A program made the position numbers and the translations under genes. A stretch of DNA of 63,349 bases, filler included, from Candidatus Woesearchaeota archaeon (lineage in GTDB: Archaea > Nanobdellota > Nanobdellia > Woesearchaeales > BM511): the NCBI GenBank assembly GCA_023266675.1. It is 8 parts of 8 records of this genome, joined end to end, with 100 filler letters (N's around TTAATTAATTAA, not from the genome) between each part and the next. Parts side by side here need not be neighbours in the genome. Positions count along the whole stretch, not along the records: positions 50,184 to 60,551 come from JAHFPP010000048.1; positions 60,652 to 63,349 come from JAHFPP010000083.1; 6 more parts are not named here. One strand, written 5' to 3'. Positions 50,730 through 60,866 of the stretch are shown here, one piece after another (the stretch's first letter is position 1; the number at the start of each line of letters is the position of its first letter). The notes beneath the pieces were generated by a model. The model was not told the origin of the DNA. It searched no databases and saw only the letters and a program-made list of their open reading frames with translations.

Positions 50730-52973
50730 TCATCCAGTGATATTTCCCATTATCTGTGATGCTACAACATTGAAGATTATTGTTATGATTAATGCGATGA
50801 CGCAGTAAATTATTGTACTTTTAACAAGGTTTTGTCCGATAAGATATCTTTCATTTAATTTGTCAGCGCCGTTTTCTATGCCGTTTATAAGAACAGTCAA
50901 TATATAAACAATCTGAACAACATATATTCCAACAACAATCTGAAAGTAAAATGTAGGGATGCCATTTCCAAAAAAATCAACTCCTGCACCCATCATGCCT
51001 GCTCCGCCAGCGCCGCCTATTCCGCCGCTTCCTTCATTTAAATTTTTAAACTGCGAGCTAAGATTTAGAAGTATTGTTGTTATCATGCTTGTAATACCAA
51101 TTACAATACCTGATATTGCAGGCGTCAAGAAAGAAATCTGCCCTTTCATTGAACTTATTGTATCTGAAAGCAAATCCTTTAACCGCTCATTTGTTTTATG
51201 AATGTCTTTAATATATATTGAAACGTTTATCATGGCATTACTTGCAATCTTTGGGCCTTTCTTTGCGCTTTCAGTAAAAACCTTCATCGAACTTTCAATT
51301 ATGTTTGATGGATAAAGAGTAAGAGCTCCGTGCTCTGGATCAAATATTGCCTGCTCAACACTCATGCCAAGCTTTGTTATTCTGATAGAGACTTCATTAA
51401 AGAAATTTCCAGGGATAGATCCCTCCATAACCTCTGCAACTTTTGAAAAAGCAAGTTCTGCAGGTACACCGTCACCAATCCTATTGCCTAGCTGGAAAAG
51501 CGCTGACGCAAATTCCAGCTCAAGTTTTTTGGCCTCTTCGCTTATTTTTATAACGTTTTGCGCTTTAAGCCTATAATAGAGTCCAACACTGATTCCAAGT
51601 GCCAAAGTCACAAAAAAACTAAGAACTGTGGCTCCAAGACCAAATGGACCAACCATTATTGATGCATCTTTTTTATCCGCGGTATATTGTAATAATTTAT
51701 ACCCGCCATTTCCTTTGGCGTCCTGACCGCCAAGCGGCATATCAAAATCAGGGTTTAATGTGTGTAAAATTATAGGACTTATTCCAATAATAAAAAACAA
51801 TATTCCAACAATTAAAGCAATTTGGATTGGAGGAATTGCAAATTCCCTGTTTCCAAGTTTGAAAATTATATTCCTGAATTTTCTGAGTTCAGGATTGCTC
51901 TCAGAAATGTCAGTTGCACCATATCCAGTCGGTCTGCTTGAAAGAATTGTTTTCCCAAGATAAAAAACACCTAGCGGAAGAGCGACGTTGTACAAGAGTG
52001 CAAGATGATACCACTTTACACCTTCCATAAAGGAAACAATTAGTGGCAAAATCACAAGGCCGAGTATTGGAAGAATGATACCAAGCATGTGAAGCATCGT
52101 AATTGGGCTCTTAAGGTTTTGCGCGTAGTGAAGCATTTTCTCGTAAGTCTCTTCAAGCATCAGTGACAATGCCTTGTCAAGCGCTGCAATTCTTCGCTCT
52201 TCACTCGTCTCATAAAGCGATGACTCTACAAGGTGTATTGACTCGATAAACTCCATATTCCATTTTCGCCATGTCAACAGATAATCTTCAAGCGATTCCT
52301 TTATTGATTCAAATTTTTCAGTTTCCACATTCCATATTATTTTTTTTAAGTCAAGGGAAAGAGGCGGTGAAAGATGTTCTGAAGCGTATTCTATTGCAAG
52401 TTCAAGATTTGATGTATGCCTCATGTAAGTAACGATATAAAAAATGCTAAGTACCATCTGATTTGAAGTTTTTAGTCTCCAATTATTTGCAAAGAATTCA
52501 GGAAGCTTGACAATTATCGGATAAAGTATCATTCCAAAGAATATGAAAAAGATTGAAAAGAAAAGCTCATTGTTAGAGTTTAAAAGCATGTTTGGAATTA
52601 TAAATCCAAGAAACCCTCCAAAAAACATTACAAACGCAGGAAGCAAAAGCGACAAGCTTGTTGCGCCAGTTGGCGTGATATTAAGATGGCATATGTCAAT
52701 TGATTCCTGTATTAATTTTTCTTTTTCTGCATCAGGCTTTACTTTGATTATTTTTTCAGAAAAATTGCACGCTTTTTCGTAAAGACTCATATGACGCGGA
52801 AGATATTCACTTTTAAACTGTTCATATTCGACAGAATTTATTTTTTCAATATCATCTCCTTTTTTAAATGATTTTTCTTCCTCTTCAAAGTCCATATCTG
52901 TCTTTAGTTTATGCTTGTATTTTTCAAGAATATCCTTGTATTTCCTGTCATTTATTTCTGTTTTATCAGCCAT
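50730..52973 (-). CDS. Type IV pilus platform protein (TadC/FlaJ-like, two T2SSF domains)
   Basis: Multi-TM, ELEFASALFQLGNRIGDGVPAE; overlaps the secretion ATPase gene. Confidence 0.75.
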   Translation of the reverse strand: MADKTEINDRKYKDILEKYKHKLKTDMDFEEEEKSFKKGDDIEKINSVEYEQFKSEYLPRHMSLYEKACNFSEKIIKVKPDAEKEKLIQESIDICHLNITPTGATSLSLLLPAFVMFFGGFLGFIIPNMLLNSNNELFFSIFFIFFGMILYPIIVKLPEFFANNWRLKTSNQMVLSIFYIVTYMRHTSNLELAIEYASEHLSPPLSLDLKKIIWNVETEKFESIKESLEDYLLTWRKWNMEFIESIHLVESSLYETSEERRIAALDKALSLMLEETYEKMLHYAQNLKSPITMLHMLGIILPILGLVILPLIVSFMEGVKWYHLALLYNVALPLGVFYLGKTILSSRPTGYGATDISESNPELRKFRNIIFKLGNREFAIPPIQIALIVGILFFIIGISPIILHTLNPDFDMPLGGQDAKGNGGYKLLQYTADKKDASIMVGPFGLGATVLSFFVTLALGISVGLYYRLKAQNVIKISEEAKKLELEFASALFQLGNRIGDGVPAELAFSKVAEVMEGSIPGNFFNEVSIRITKLGMSVEQAIFDPEHGALTLYPSNIIESSMKVFTESAKKGPKIASNAMINVSIYIKDIHKTNERLKDLLSDTISSMKGQISFLTPAISGIVIGITSMITTILLNLSSQFKNLNEGSGGIGGAGGAGMMGAGVDFFGNGIPTFYFQIVVGIYVVQIVYILTVLINGIENGADKLNERYLIGQNLVKSTIIYCVIALIITIIFNVVASQIMGNITG

Positions 52974-55272
52974 TTTTCAAAATTTTCTCTGCCAGCGTAA
53001 ATTTTACCATCTCTTTTTTTAGCCACTCCTCCCATTCAAAAAAGAGTCTGTCATTATCTCTTGAGTTATTTTCAAATTTTGATTTTGACGTCAGTATATG
53101 AAACATGTCATTTGCCTTAATGACAAACTCTGCTTCAAGAAGATCAGGATTATTCTCTGTTTTTGAATAATTGACAAGTGTCTCTTTTGTTTTTGCGCGA
53201 AGAAGAATATCCTCCCAAAGAGCGTTCCAGTTTCCGGAGAATTCAGGGATATTAGATGCAATTGTTTTTAATATTTCACTATCGCCGTTTATCAGCTCAT
53301 CAGTTGGCAAAAGTTGGTCTGTTTTAGCGTCATACCTCATCAAGTCAACAAATCCATTCTCTGTCATCGGGTCGTTTTCCCATGTTTTTCTCACTTCAGT
53401 AATCTGTGTTACCCTTCTTATTTTGGAAAGTCCGTCTGATGATTTTATAGGATTAACAATTATGATTATGTCTGTTGCCTTAAATGATGTTTTTGGAACG
53501 CCGATGTCATTAACCACCCTGTCAAAAACCCCGTAAGGCGAATCTCCGTGTATTGTTCCTGCTACAACGTTTGCAGCTGCGCCAACCCTCATAGCTTCAT
53601 AAAGCGCCTTAGCTTCAGTGCTTCTGACTTCCCCAACGATTAAGGAAGAATCTCCAAGTCGAAGTGTGCTTCTTATTCCGTCTGATGCATTCATCTCACC
53701 TGTATCACGCGCAAGCGCTGACGAGACTTTCATATTCTGGATATTAAAACCAAGCTTCATCATCTGATGCGATGGCAGTTCTAGCGTATCCTCTATGGTG
53801 ATTATTCTGTATCTTCGCATAATCTCAACCATTACTGAGGAAAGAAGTGAAGATTTACCACTTGACCTTGTTCCTGCAATAAGCATTGAACGAGTGCCGT
53901 CAACTAGAAAACTTATCAGACCTGCTGCTAGCGGCGTCATTGTTTTATATTTTACAAAAAGAGGTAGCGTCCATGGCTTGTCTCTGTGACGCCTGAAAGA
54001 AAACGCAAGCCCTGTTGGGTCAAGGGGTTCTGATATTACAGAAACTCTTGTATTTGCTCCTGGAAGAATTAATTCAGTGTCAAGTATCGGGTCTGCTTCA
54101 TCAAGTGGTCTTCCTGATAAAAGCCTTAATTTTGATGCCCAGCTTTCAGCTTCTGTTTTTGTAGGCACAATATTAGTTATGCAGTCATTGAATTTTCCGT
54201 GAACTATAAACATTGGCGTGCTTCCAAAAGGACTGTTGACTGAGACGTCCTGCATATCCTCATCCTGTAAAAGCACTTCAATTAGTCCAAACCCTATAGT
54301 ATATCTTACAAGAATATTTGTGAGTTCAGTTAATTCTTTGTCTTTTAGTTTTATTCCCTTATATGTTGAGAGTTCTTCAATCAAGTCTTTTCCAACATTA
54401 AGAAAAACTTCCCTCATTCTTTTTGGGTCGACAAACTCGCTTTTCTTTGGTTTATGCTCTGCCAAAATGTTTCTTGCAAGGTCAAGTATTTCATATTTTT
54501 CCTCAGAAAGCTTGAACTCAGGTGGAATAACGTGATAAAGAGTCTGCACGCTGTCAGCAAGCCTAAACACTGTCACCTCAACATTGTCTCCGATGATGTA
54601 GCTTGCGATTTCTTCGGCATCTTTTGGATACTGGGCCATTATCTTTGTATACATGAAATCAGGCTTAATTAGTGGCGAGAATATTTTTCTGTAAATGTCC
54701 CGATTTGTTAGATCGTATCCTGCAAGGTATGGTCCTGCTGCTGCAACAAGTTTTGTTTTTTCAAGATTTTTTTGAATGTAAGTCAATAAAGAAATATATC
54801 TGCTTCTTGCACGTACTTCGTCATCATCAAGCGCGCGCTCATGCATTATTGTTTCCCGCCGTATTATCCTTTTTAACTCAACGTATGCGCCAAGAGGGTC
54901 AGTTTTTAACGTGTTATATAGAATATTCTGAAGTTCAGTATACCACTGGTCTGCAAGGCGTGCATTGTATAAATTAAGATTTTTATATGAAAATGCATCC
55001 TTTTCTCTTATAAACTTGTTATAGATAATGCCTATCTCTACAAGAATCTTTGTCTGGTCATAATCATATTCATACTCCCTTTTTTGGGAAAACACTATCT
55101 TTGAAATATTTGGAGTCTGGGCGAGTTTTTCAATGACTTTTGACATGAAAAGTGAGCTGTCTTCAATTGAGGGTATATCTTCTACATTGTTGCAGTCAAA
55201 TTTTAGGATGACATCTTCTCCCTGCCTGATTATTTCTGAAAAAAAGTTGTCTTTGTTATTTGAGAAAATCAC
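52966..55272 (-). CDS. Type II/IV secretion or pilus ATPase (FlaI/TadA-like)
   Basis: GFGLIEVLLQD, Walker A GTRSSGKS, TIEDTLEL, Walker B LIVGEVR, GTIHG. Confidence 0.92.
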   Translation of the reverse strand: MIFSNNKDNFFSEIIRQGEDVILKFDCNNVEDIPSIEDSSLFMSKVIEKLAQTPNISKIVFSQKREYEYDYDQTKILVEIGIIYNKFIREKDAFSYKNLNLYNARLADQWYTELQNILYNTLKTDPLGAYVELKRIIRRETIMHERALDDDEVRARSRYISLLTYIQKNLEKTKLVAAAGPYLAGYDLTNRDIYRKIFSPLIKPDFMYTKIMAQYPKDAEEIASYIIGDNVEVTVFRLADSVQTLYHVIPPEFKLSEEKYEILDLARNILAEHKPKKSEFVDPKRMREVFLNVGKDLIEELSTYKGIKLKDKELTELTNILVRYTIGFGLIEVLLQDEDMQDVSVNSPFGSTPMFIVHGKFNDCITNIVPTKTEAESWASKLRLLSGRPLDEADPILDTELILPGANTRVSVISEPLDPTGLAFSFRRHRDKPWTLPLFVKYKTMTPLAAGLISFLVDGTRSMLIAGTRSSGKSSLLSSVMVEIMRRYRIITIEDTLELPSHQMMKLGFNIQNMKVSSALARDTGEMNASDGIRSTLRLGDSSLIVGEVRSTEAKALYEAMRVGAAANVVAGTIHGDSPYGVFDRVVNDIGVPKTSFKATDIIIIVNPIKSSDGLSKIRRVTQITEVRKTWENDPMTENGFVDLMRYDAKTDQLLPTDELINGDSEILKTIASNIPEFSGNWNALWEDILLRAKTKETLVNYSKTENNPDLLEAEFVIKANDMFHILTSKSKFENNSRDNDRLFFEWEEWLKKEMVKFTLAEKILKNG

Positions 55273-55574
55273 TCGTCACCCCTCCCTTTTCTTAATTTTA
55301 AAATAGGTGTTGTAATGCAGGTTTTATTGAAAACCCACCCTTAACGCATTAAAGCGTAAAGTTTATTATCACCTAAACAAATAGTTGAATGTAATATTTA
55401 TATAACTTCCTATTTTTAATGTCAATAAGAAATGTATAAAATTAGATTGGATATGTGGAAAAAATTAAGGAGATTTAAAAATATTTAATTAATTGGAAAG
55501 TTTATTTAGAAAAGTAGTTATATAATATAATTTATATAATAAAACATTGAAATGTTCATAAAAGAGAATTAAAA

Positions 55575-56048
55575 ATGGAAAATCAAGCACAGAAAAATGA
55601 TTCACCTCCTTCGTTTACTGGCAGCCCGTCCCAGATTCAAATACCTCAAAAAGGAGAAAAGATGGATGTATCGTTAAATAAAGTTGGAGAAGAAATTGGC
55701 CAATCTTTAAGGACTTTAAGGATGCTTGAAGAGAGATACTCAACAATCCGTTCAAAGATACAAGTTTCTGACCAGAACATAATTGAGGACACAAATAAGA
55801 TATTTACGCAGCTAAAGCTTATTGTGAAAGACATAACTGACTTGAAAATAAAGATTGAAGACATGAGGCTAAAGCTTAATACATTCTCAACTGAGATTAA
55901 AGAAATGGCATCAAAGCAGGATGTGAAGGTTTTGCAAAGATATGTAGAGATGTGGGAGCCTATGCAGTTTCTGACTGAAAAACAAGCAATACAGATTATA
56001 AGGGAAGCGTTAAGGCAATATAAAGAGAAAGAAGAAATTAGGAAGTAA
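55575..56048 (+). CDS. Coiled-coil hypothetical protein
   Basis: Heptad pattern; VLQRYVEMWEPMQFLT. Confidence 0.75.
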   Translation: MENQAQKNDSPPSFTGSPSQIQIPQKGEKMDVSLNKVGEEIGQSLRTLRMLEERYSTIRSKIQVSDQNIIEDTNKIFTQLKLIVKDITDLKIKIEDMRLKLNTFSTEIKEMASKQDVKVLQRYVEMWEPMQFLTEKQAIQIIREALRQYKEKEEIRK

Positions 56049-56140
56049 GCTCAATATAGTATTTAAAGAAAAAAGGCAAATATTGCGTAACTCATTAGTT
56101 AATCGAAATGTTTTTAAACTTTCTACATAGATATTAAGTT

Positions 56141-56800
56141 ATGGCAGCGCCAAACTACAATAATCCACTGCAGGGAATACCAACAGACAAGGTTCTTCAG
56201 ATGAGAGGTCAAGGCCTTTCAAACAACCAGATAATACAAGGTTTACAGAGAGAGGGATACATGCAAAGCCAAATATTTGATGCTATGAATCAGGCAGAAA
56301 TAAAGATGGGAGTTACCGGAATTCAGCCGGATTACATGCAAAGCTACGAACCCGCAAACCCAATGACTATGGGAGCACAACCTCAAATGCCTCCACCTCC
56401 TCAGAATCAGACAAGAGCGCAATCACCTTCTCAGGGCATGAATTTTCAACCTCAAACTATACAGACTAACCAATCAAGCATTATGTCTGAAGAGCTTATT
56501 GAAGCATTGGTTGACGAGAAATGGAATGAGCTTCTACGAGACATAAATAAAATTGCTGAATGGAAAGACAAAGCCGAAGGAAGAATTTCAAAGATGGAAC
56601 AGTCTTTTGATGATATAAAGAAGAATTTTGACACACTTCACAAAGCGGTAATTGGAAAAATAGGAGAATACGACAAGCACATTCTTGATGTCGGAGCAGA
56701 AATACAGGCAATGGAGAAAGTCTTCCAGAAGGTTCTTCCAACATTTGTAGAGAATGTAAATGAACTCTCAAGAATAACTGATAATATCAAGAGGAAATAA
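56141..56800 (+). CDS. Coiled-coil hypothetical protein with P/Q-rich linker
   Basis: N-terminal helical domain, P/Q linker, EELIEALVDEKW coiled coil. Confidence 0.78.
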   Translation: MAAPNYNNPLQGIPTDKVLQMRGQGLSNNQIIQGLQREGYMQSQIFDAMNQAEIKMGVTGIQPDYMQSYEPANPMTMGAQPQMPPPPQNQTRAQSPSQGMNFQPQTIQTNQSSIMSEELIEALVDEKWNELLRDINKIAEWKDKAEGRISKMEQSFDDIKKNFDTLHKAVIGKIGEYDKHILDVGAEIQAMEKVFQKVLPTFVENVNELSRITDNIKRK

Positions 56801-56973
56801 ATCAACCTTTTAGAAAAAGCTTGAGCAAAACAGTTAGACTATCACAAAAAAGTGATAATCTATATTTTACTATTAATCTAAAAAGATTATATAAATTGAA
56901 ATTTGTTTAAATCCGATATATATATCTATTTCAATAAGAATTTCTAAAATAATTTTTACAAAGGTGAATATTA

Positions 56974-57366
56974 ATGAGTTTATTTGGGTTAGGAACTAAA
57001 AAAATGAAGAATAAGGAATTTAGTGCATTATTTAGTAATTGTATATCAAGAAGAAAATCTGGAGAGATGATTGAGACACATAATCATAATGTAGAATATG
57101 TAATTGAATTTATAAATGTTCGAGTCTGGGATGCAAATCGTGAAGATAGAGATAATCCTTTAGTTAATAACCGATTTAAAAAACCAACTGTAAAAATTCA
57201 GGCATATAGAAGGGATGGATTAAGTTTAATAGTAAAACATGATAATAGTGTAATGCATATACATATAGATGAGCTTAGAACTGTAGTTGATCATAATGAT
57301 AGTCATTATATGGTGGATAGTGGAGGCAATCAAGTTAATATTGATTTTGATAACAGATACTACTAA
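56974..57366 (+). CDS. Hypothetical protein
   Basis: 130 aa, AGGTGA Shine-Dalgarno. Confidence 0.65.
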   Translation: MSLFGLGTKKMKNKEFSALFSNCISRRKSGEMIETHNHNVEYVIEFINVRVWDANREDRDNPLVNNRFKKPTVKIQAYRRDGLSLIVKHDNSVMHIHIDELRTVVDHNDSHYMVDSGGNQVNIDFDNRYY

Positions 57367-57412
57367 TTTTTAATCAAAGATATTCTTCTTTTATTTTTAG
57401 ATATAACGAAAG

Positions 57413-58042
57413 CTAATTAACCTTAGTTATCAGAAGTATCGTGAATGTTCCTAATAGAAGTATGAATATGATACCAAGCATTTTTGGGTGAAAAAGCGTT
57501 GCACCAAGGTTTGTCTGGTAATTTCCGCTGTCAACCTGTCCTGTTCCTCTAAAGTTATCAGCTGTACCGCTTGCTATGTTTGTGCCATTTGAACCTGAGA
57601 GTGAATAGTCTACAACATTTGATGAACCACTATCAGTTAAGTATGGACCTACTTTCTGTCCATAGCTGTTTCCAACGCCTATAAGTATGATGATTACTGC
57701 AAGCGAGATTATCCAGTAGATCACTGTTTTATGCCCGCCCCCTGCTATTAAAAGATTTGCTACATTGACGCCTGGATTAAACATTGAATAAGCCATTAGT
57801 ATCAAAAGAATTGAGATAAACATTATTGTGAACCATGGAACAACAAAGTTGATTACACTAATTGCATCTTTTGAAAACATAAAAAGGACAGCGATTGATA
57901 TTGCAATTAAGGAATGGATTCCTGAATTATCTCCAAGGACATGCCCCCATGTCAAAAGAGCATAAACTACTATGAATATCAGTAAAAATGTAAAAATGCT
58001 TGAGAAAAAACTCAAGCCTGATATGTCAAGAAAAGTAGCCAT
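57413..58042 (-). CDS. Membrane protein, paralog 3 of tandem triplet
   Basis: IFTFLLIFIVVYALL...LG; multi-TM. Confidence 0.8.
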   Translation of the reverse strand: MATFLDISGLSFFSSIFTFLLIFIVVYALLTWGHVLGDNSGIHSLIAISIAVLFMFSKDAISVINFVVPWFTIMFISILLILMAYSMFNPGVNVANLLIAGGGHKTVIYWIISLAVIIILIGVGNSYGQKVGPYLTDSGSSNVVDYSLSGSNGTNIASGTADNFRGTGQVDSGNYQTNLGATLFHPKMLGIIFILLLGTFTILLITKVN

Positions 58043-58642
58043 TTAGTGTTGGCCTCCGCCGCCGTGGATTATCTTGCTGAATTGATCTCCAAGACTTGAG
58101 AAGAACCCTGCTTTTTTTGATTCAGCGTCTTCTTTTGTGATGAATGCTATTATTATTCCAAATACGAGTATTATCACAACAAGGTTTCTTATGTCGCTAT
58201 CAACTGTGAGCCAATAGAACCATGATGCATTGAACCAACCTGCAGCATTTCCAAAGATGATGACTATTATTGCTATTGCAATTATTGTGAACCATCCACC
58301 CATTGTTGTTCCTGCGAGCCTTATGTTTGCTCCAAATACTCCAAGGATGATAAGCATCATTAGTATTGCCACAAGTATTATTGATACCTGAGGAAGCGCA
58401 GAGTTCATTATCAGAACTATGTCTGATTCCCTTGAAGGGTATCGTCCAAGCACGTGAGGAATCACAACACCAAGCGCCATTGAAAGGGCGATTATCACGT
58501 TGTAGTTTTTTCTTCCTTCACCGAGTAGTTTTGTTTTTTGCATTACTGCAAAGACTATTGTGAATATTATTATGAATGGAAGCAGCACATCTGATATTCC
58601 ATAATATTCAAGTGTTCTTATCATGTCAGGGAATCCGACCAT
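58043..58642 (-). CDS. Membrane protein, paralog 2 of tandem triplet
   Basis: DVLLPFIIIFTIVFAVMQKTKLLG. Confidence 0.82.
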   Translation of the reverse strand: MVGFPDMIRTLEYYGISDVLLPFIIIFTIVFAVMQKTKLLGEGRKNYNVIIALSMALGVVIPHVLGRYPSRESDIVLIMNSALPQVSIILVAILMMLIILGVFGANIRLAGTTMGGWFTIIAIAIIVIIFGNAAGWFNASWFYWLTVDSDIRNLVVIILVFGIIIAFITKEDAESKKAGFFSSLGDQFSKIIHGGGGQH

Positions 58643-58687
58643 TTTTTCTCCTCCTTAAATGTTTTTTTTAATAATAAATTTTTTTAA

Positions 58688-59260
58688 TTAATGATGTGAT
58701 TCTGAATCTTTTTTACCTTCTTTTGGTGTATTAGTTATATAAACCATGAATCCGACCATTATTGATACAAGTATTAATGAGCCAAACCAGTTTGTATCCC
58801 AGTGTGACGCCAGGTAATCCCATGCCCACTCTGTAAATGGCTGGTTATTATAATGAATTGCGTGCAGAAATATTCCGAGTATTCCTACAAAAAATATTAC
58901 GTAAAAAGTCTTTAACCAACTTCCTGATAAAGCGAATTCCTTATCTCCTGTGTGAAGGCTTCCGACCAAAAGCATGAAGCAGATTGATAAAAGCATTAGT
59001 ACAACAACGTTTGCCATTGCCTCATTTATCGTCCTCACAAGCTCAGTTGATGCCACAACAAGGAATGATATGACAAATGCGAGCATTGAGTTCTGGTTTT
59101 TTCTCGTATATTTTTTTCCGTCAATCTCTTCAAGACCTAAAACCTTGGTTTTTTCAAGTATTGCAAATACTGCTGTAAAGACTAAAAGAAATGGCAAAAT
59201 GACATCATAGATGCCAAGCTTATCCAGAAATTCAATCATTCCTCTAAAATTTGATACCAT
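58688..59260 (-). CDS. Membrane protein, paralog 1 of tandem triplet
   Basis: DVILPFLLVFTAVFAILEKTKVLG. Confidence 0.82.
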   Translation of the reverse strand: MVSNFRGMIEFLDKLGIYDVILPFLLVFTAVFAILEKTKVLGLEEIDGKKYTRKNQNSMLAFVISFLVVASTELVRTINEAMANVVVLMLLSICFMLLVGSLHTGDKEFALSGSWLKTFYVIFFVGILGIFLHAIHYNNQPFTEWAWDYLASHWDTNWFGSLILVSIMVGFMVYITNTPKEGKKDSESHH

Positions 59261-59429
59261 GGTCTGTTCTTATTGTGATATGAGTAGTATATAAAGTTTT
59301 CTAACAACCGGTTACGCTCTGCTTGAAAATGCAAAAAAGCATTTTCTGCATCCTGAAAATCAAAGATTTTCATGAGGTTGACGCGCAAGGGTCTATTCAA
59401 GGTTTTCTTGAATAGCCCTTGTTTATTGT

Positions 59430-60092
59430 TTAAGCAAGCTTTGGAAGATTTGCCGTTTTGGAGTTTATATGTTTTTTATATAAATTGTCCAAAAGTTTCT
59501 TCATAAGCTTATGTTCCTTTGATTTTAACTTTATTCCTGATGCGAGCGTGTATGCATGAGTTTCATCATCCATTACTGCCTCATGATATCCTGCCTCAAA
59601 TTGAAGTATAAGCTTTCTTATGCTTTTAGTGTCAAATCGATTAAGAATTGTTAAAACTTCTTTTTTGTATACTTTATTTGTGTAGAAAAGCCCATGAGCA
59701 ATCTCATGCTTGAGTAAGGAAGCTACGTGAGGCATTTCTTTATGTATGCCTATAATATAATAAGGTTCTTCTGTTTTTTTAAACATATCAAGTATTCTTT
59801 TTTCCTTGCTTGACAGCGGATTGAATTTTCCCTCATAAAAAGGCGTTAAGACGTACGATGGCACGTTAAACCCGCTCCAATCATGATGATAGGTGAATTT
59901 TCCTGTTAATTTGCCTTCCCTTGAGTTTTGCACGTACCACTTCTTGAATTCTTCAAGCGAGAAAATCTTTCCCCGAAATTTCGGTGACTCATAATGCTCC
60001 TGAAACCTCAGGAAAGTTGATGTTATGTCAAACTGGTTTTCAAATATGATTAAGTAAATTTTATCGGTTATTTTCATTAATTTTAGCTTCAT
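59430..60092 (-). CDS. Putative zincin-like protein
   Basis: RFQEHYESP, HEIAH motif with downstream DETHAY. Confidence 0.65.
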   Translation of the reverse strand: MKLKLMKITDKIYLIIFENQFDITSTFLRFQEHYESPKFRGKIFSLEEFKKWYVQNSREGKLTGKFTYHHDWSGFNVPSYVLTPFYEGKFNPLSSKEKRILDMFKKTEEPYYIIGIHKEMPHVASLLKHEIAHGLFYTNKVYKKEVLTILNRFDTKSIRKLILQFEAGYHEAVMDDETHAYTLASGIKLKSKEHKLMKKLLDNLYKKHINSKTANLPKLA

Positions 60093-60138
60093 AAACAGAA
60101 GGAATATGAGTCGATTTTAAAACTATCGTTTAACTGAT

Positions 60139-60266
60139 GATATTGAAAAGTTAACCGTCTGTGCCTACAAATGCTGAAATTTGCGTAGCAAATGTAGGCA
60201 TGGCCAGACGTAATCGAACGAACACTTTTTAGTGAGTGAGATGGAGTAGGATAACTTTTCAATATC
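60139..60266. repeat. 128-nt element with 15-bp terminal inverted repeats and internal hairpin
   Basis: GATATTGAAAAGTTA / TAACTTTTCAATATC; inner TGCCTACA / TGTAGGCA. Confidence 0.7.
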
Positions 60267-60278
60267 GCCGTAACTGGC

Positions 60279-60551
60279 TTATTCAGCTTTTTTTGATATA
60301 TCCTGCTTTTTTAGTGCGTCTAGAAACGCGAGGAAGTTTCCTTCCCATTTCTTTATGCCAATATGGCTGCAGGTCATTGATGGGTCAATATATACTTTGT
60401 TTCCAAGACTTCTCCATTTACTACAAAAAACGTTGTCTTCACTCACTAGTTCGCCGTCAACAATCTGGATGTCAAAAGCCATCTTTCGTATTTTGCCTTC
60501 ATTTTTATATTCTTTAGACATCTCTGAAACTGCTTTTAGCGCTTTTTTGGA
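60279..60551 (-). CDS. GT2-like glycosyltransferase C-terminus, 5' truncated
   Basis: SEDNVFC..W...G.KVYIDP...CSHIG. Confidence 0.65.
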   Translation of the reverse strand, partial: SKKALKAVSEMSKEYKNEGKIRKMAFDIQIVDGELVSEDNVFCSKWRSLGNKVYIDPSMTCSHIGIKKWEGNFLAFLDALKKQDISKKAE

Positions 60552-60866
60552 NNNNNNNNNNNNNNNNNNNNNNNNNNNNNNNNNNNNNNNNNNNNTTAAT
60601 TAATTAANNNNNNNNNNNNNNNNNNNNNNNNNNNNNNNNNNNNNNNNNNNNAGAATTCTTTACTTCATCTTCTAATAAGGTTTTTCTTTTTATCATGAGT
60701 TTAGAAAGAATGTTGAGTATTTAAATATTATCATATTTTTACTACTTAATAATAGTTTCATTTTATAATTTATTAATGAAAATTTTTAAAAGTGTACAAA
60801 ATTCAACAAGAAGTGCTTTGAAAATTAAATGTATTTAAAAAAATTAAAAAAGAGAATGAAGTATAC

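Noticed and set aside
60128..60275. Integron attC site
   Set aside because: GTTTAAC fits one R box but there is no complementary GTTRRRY at the other end, and no integrase
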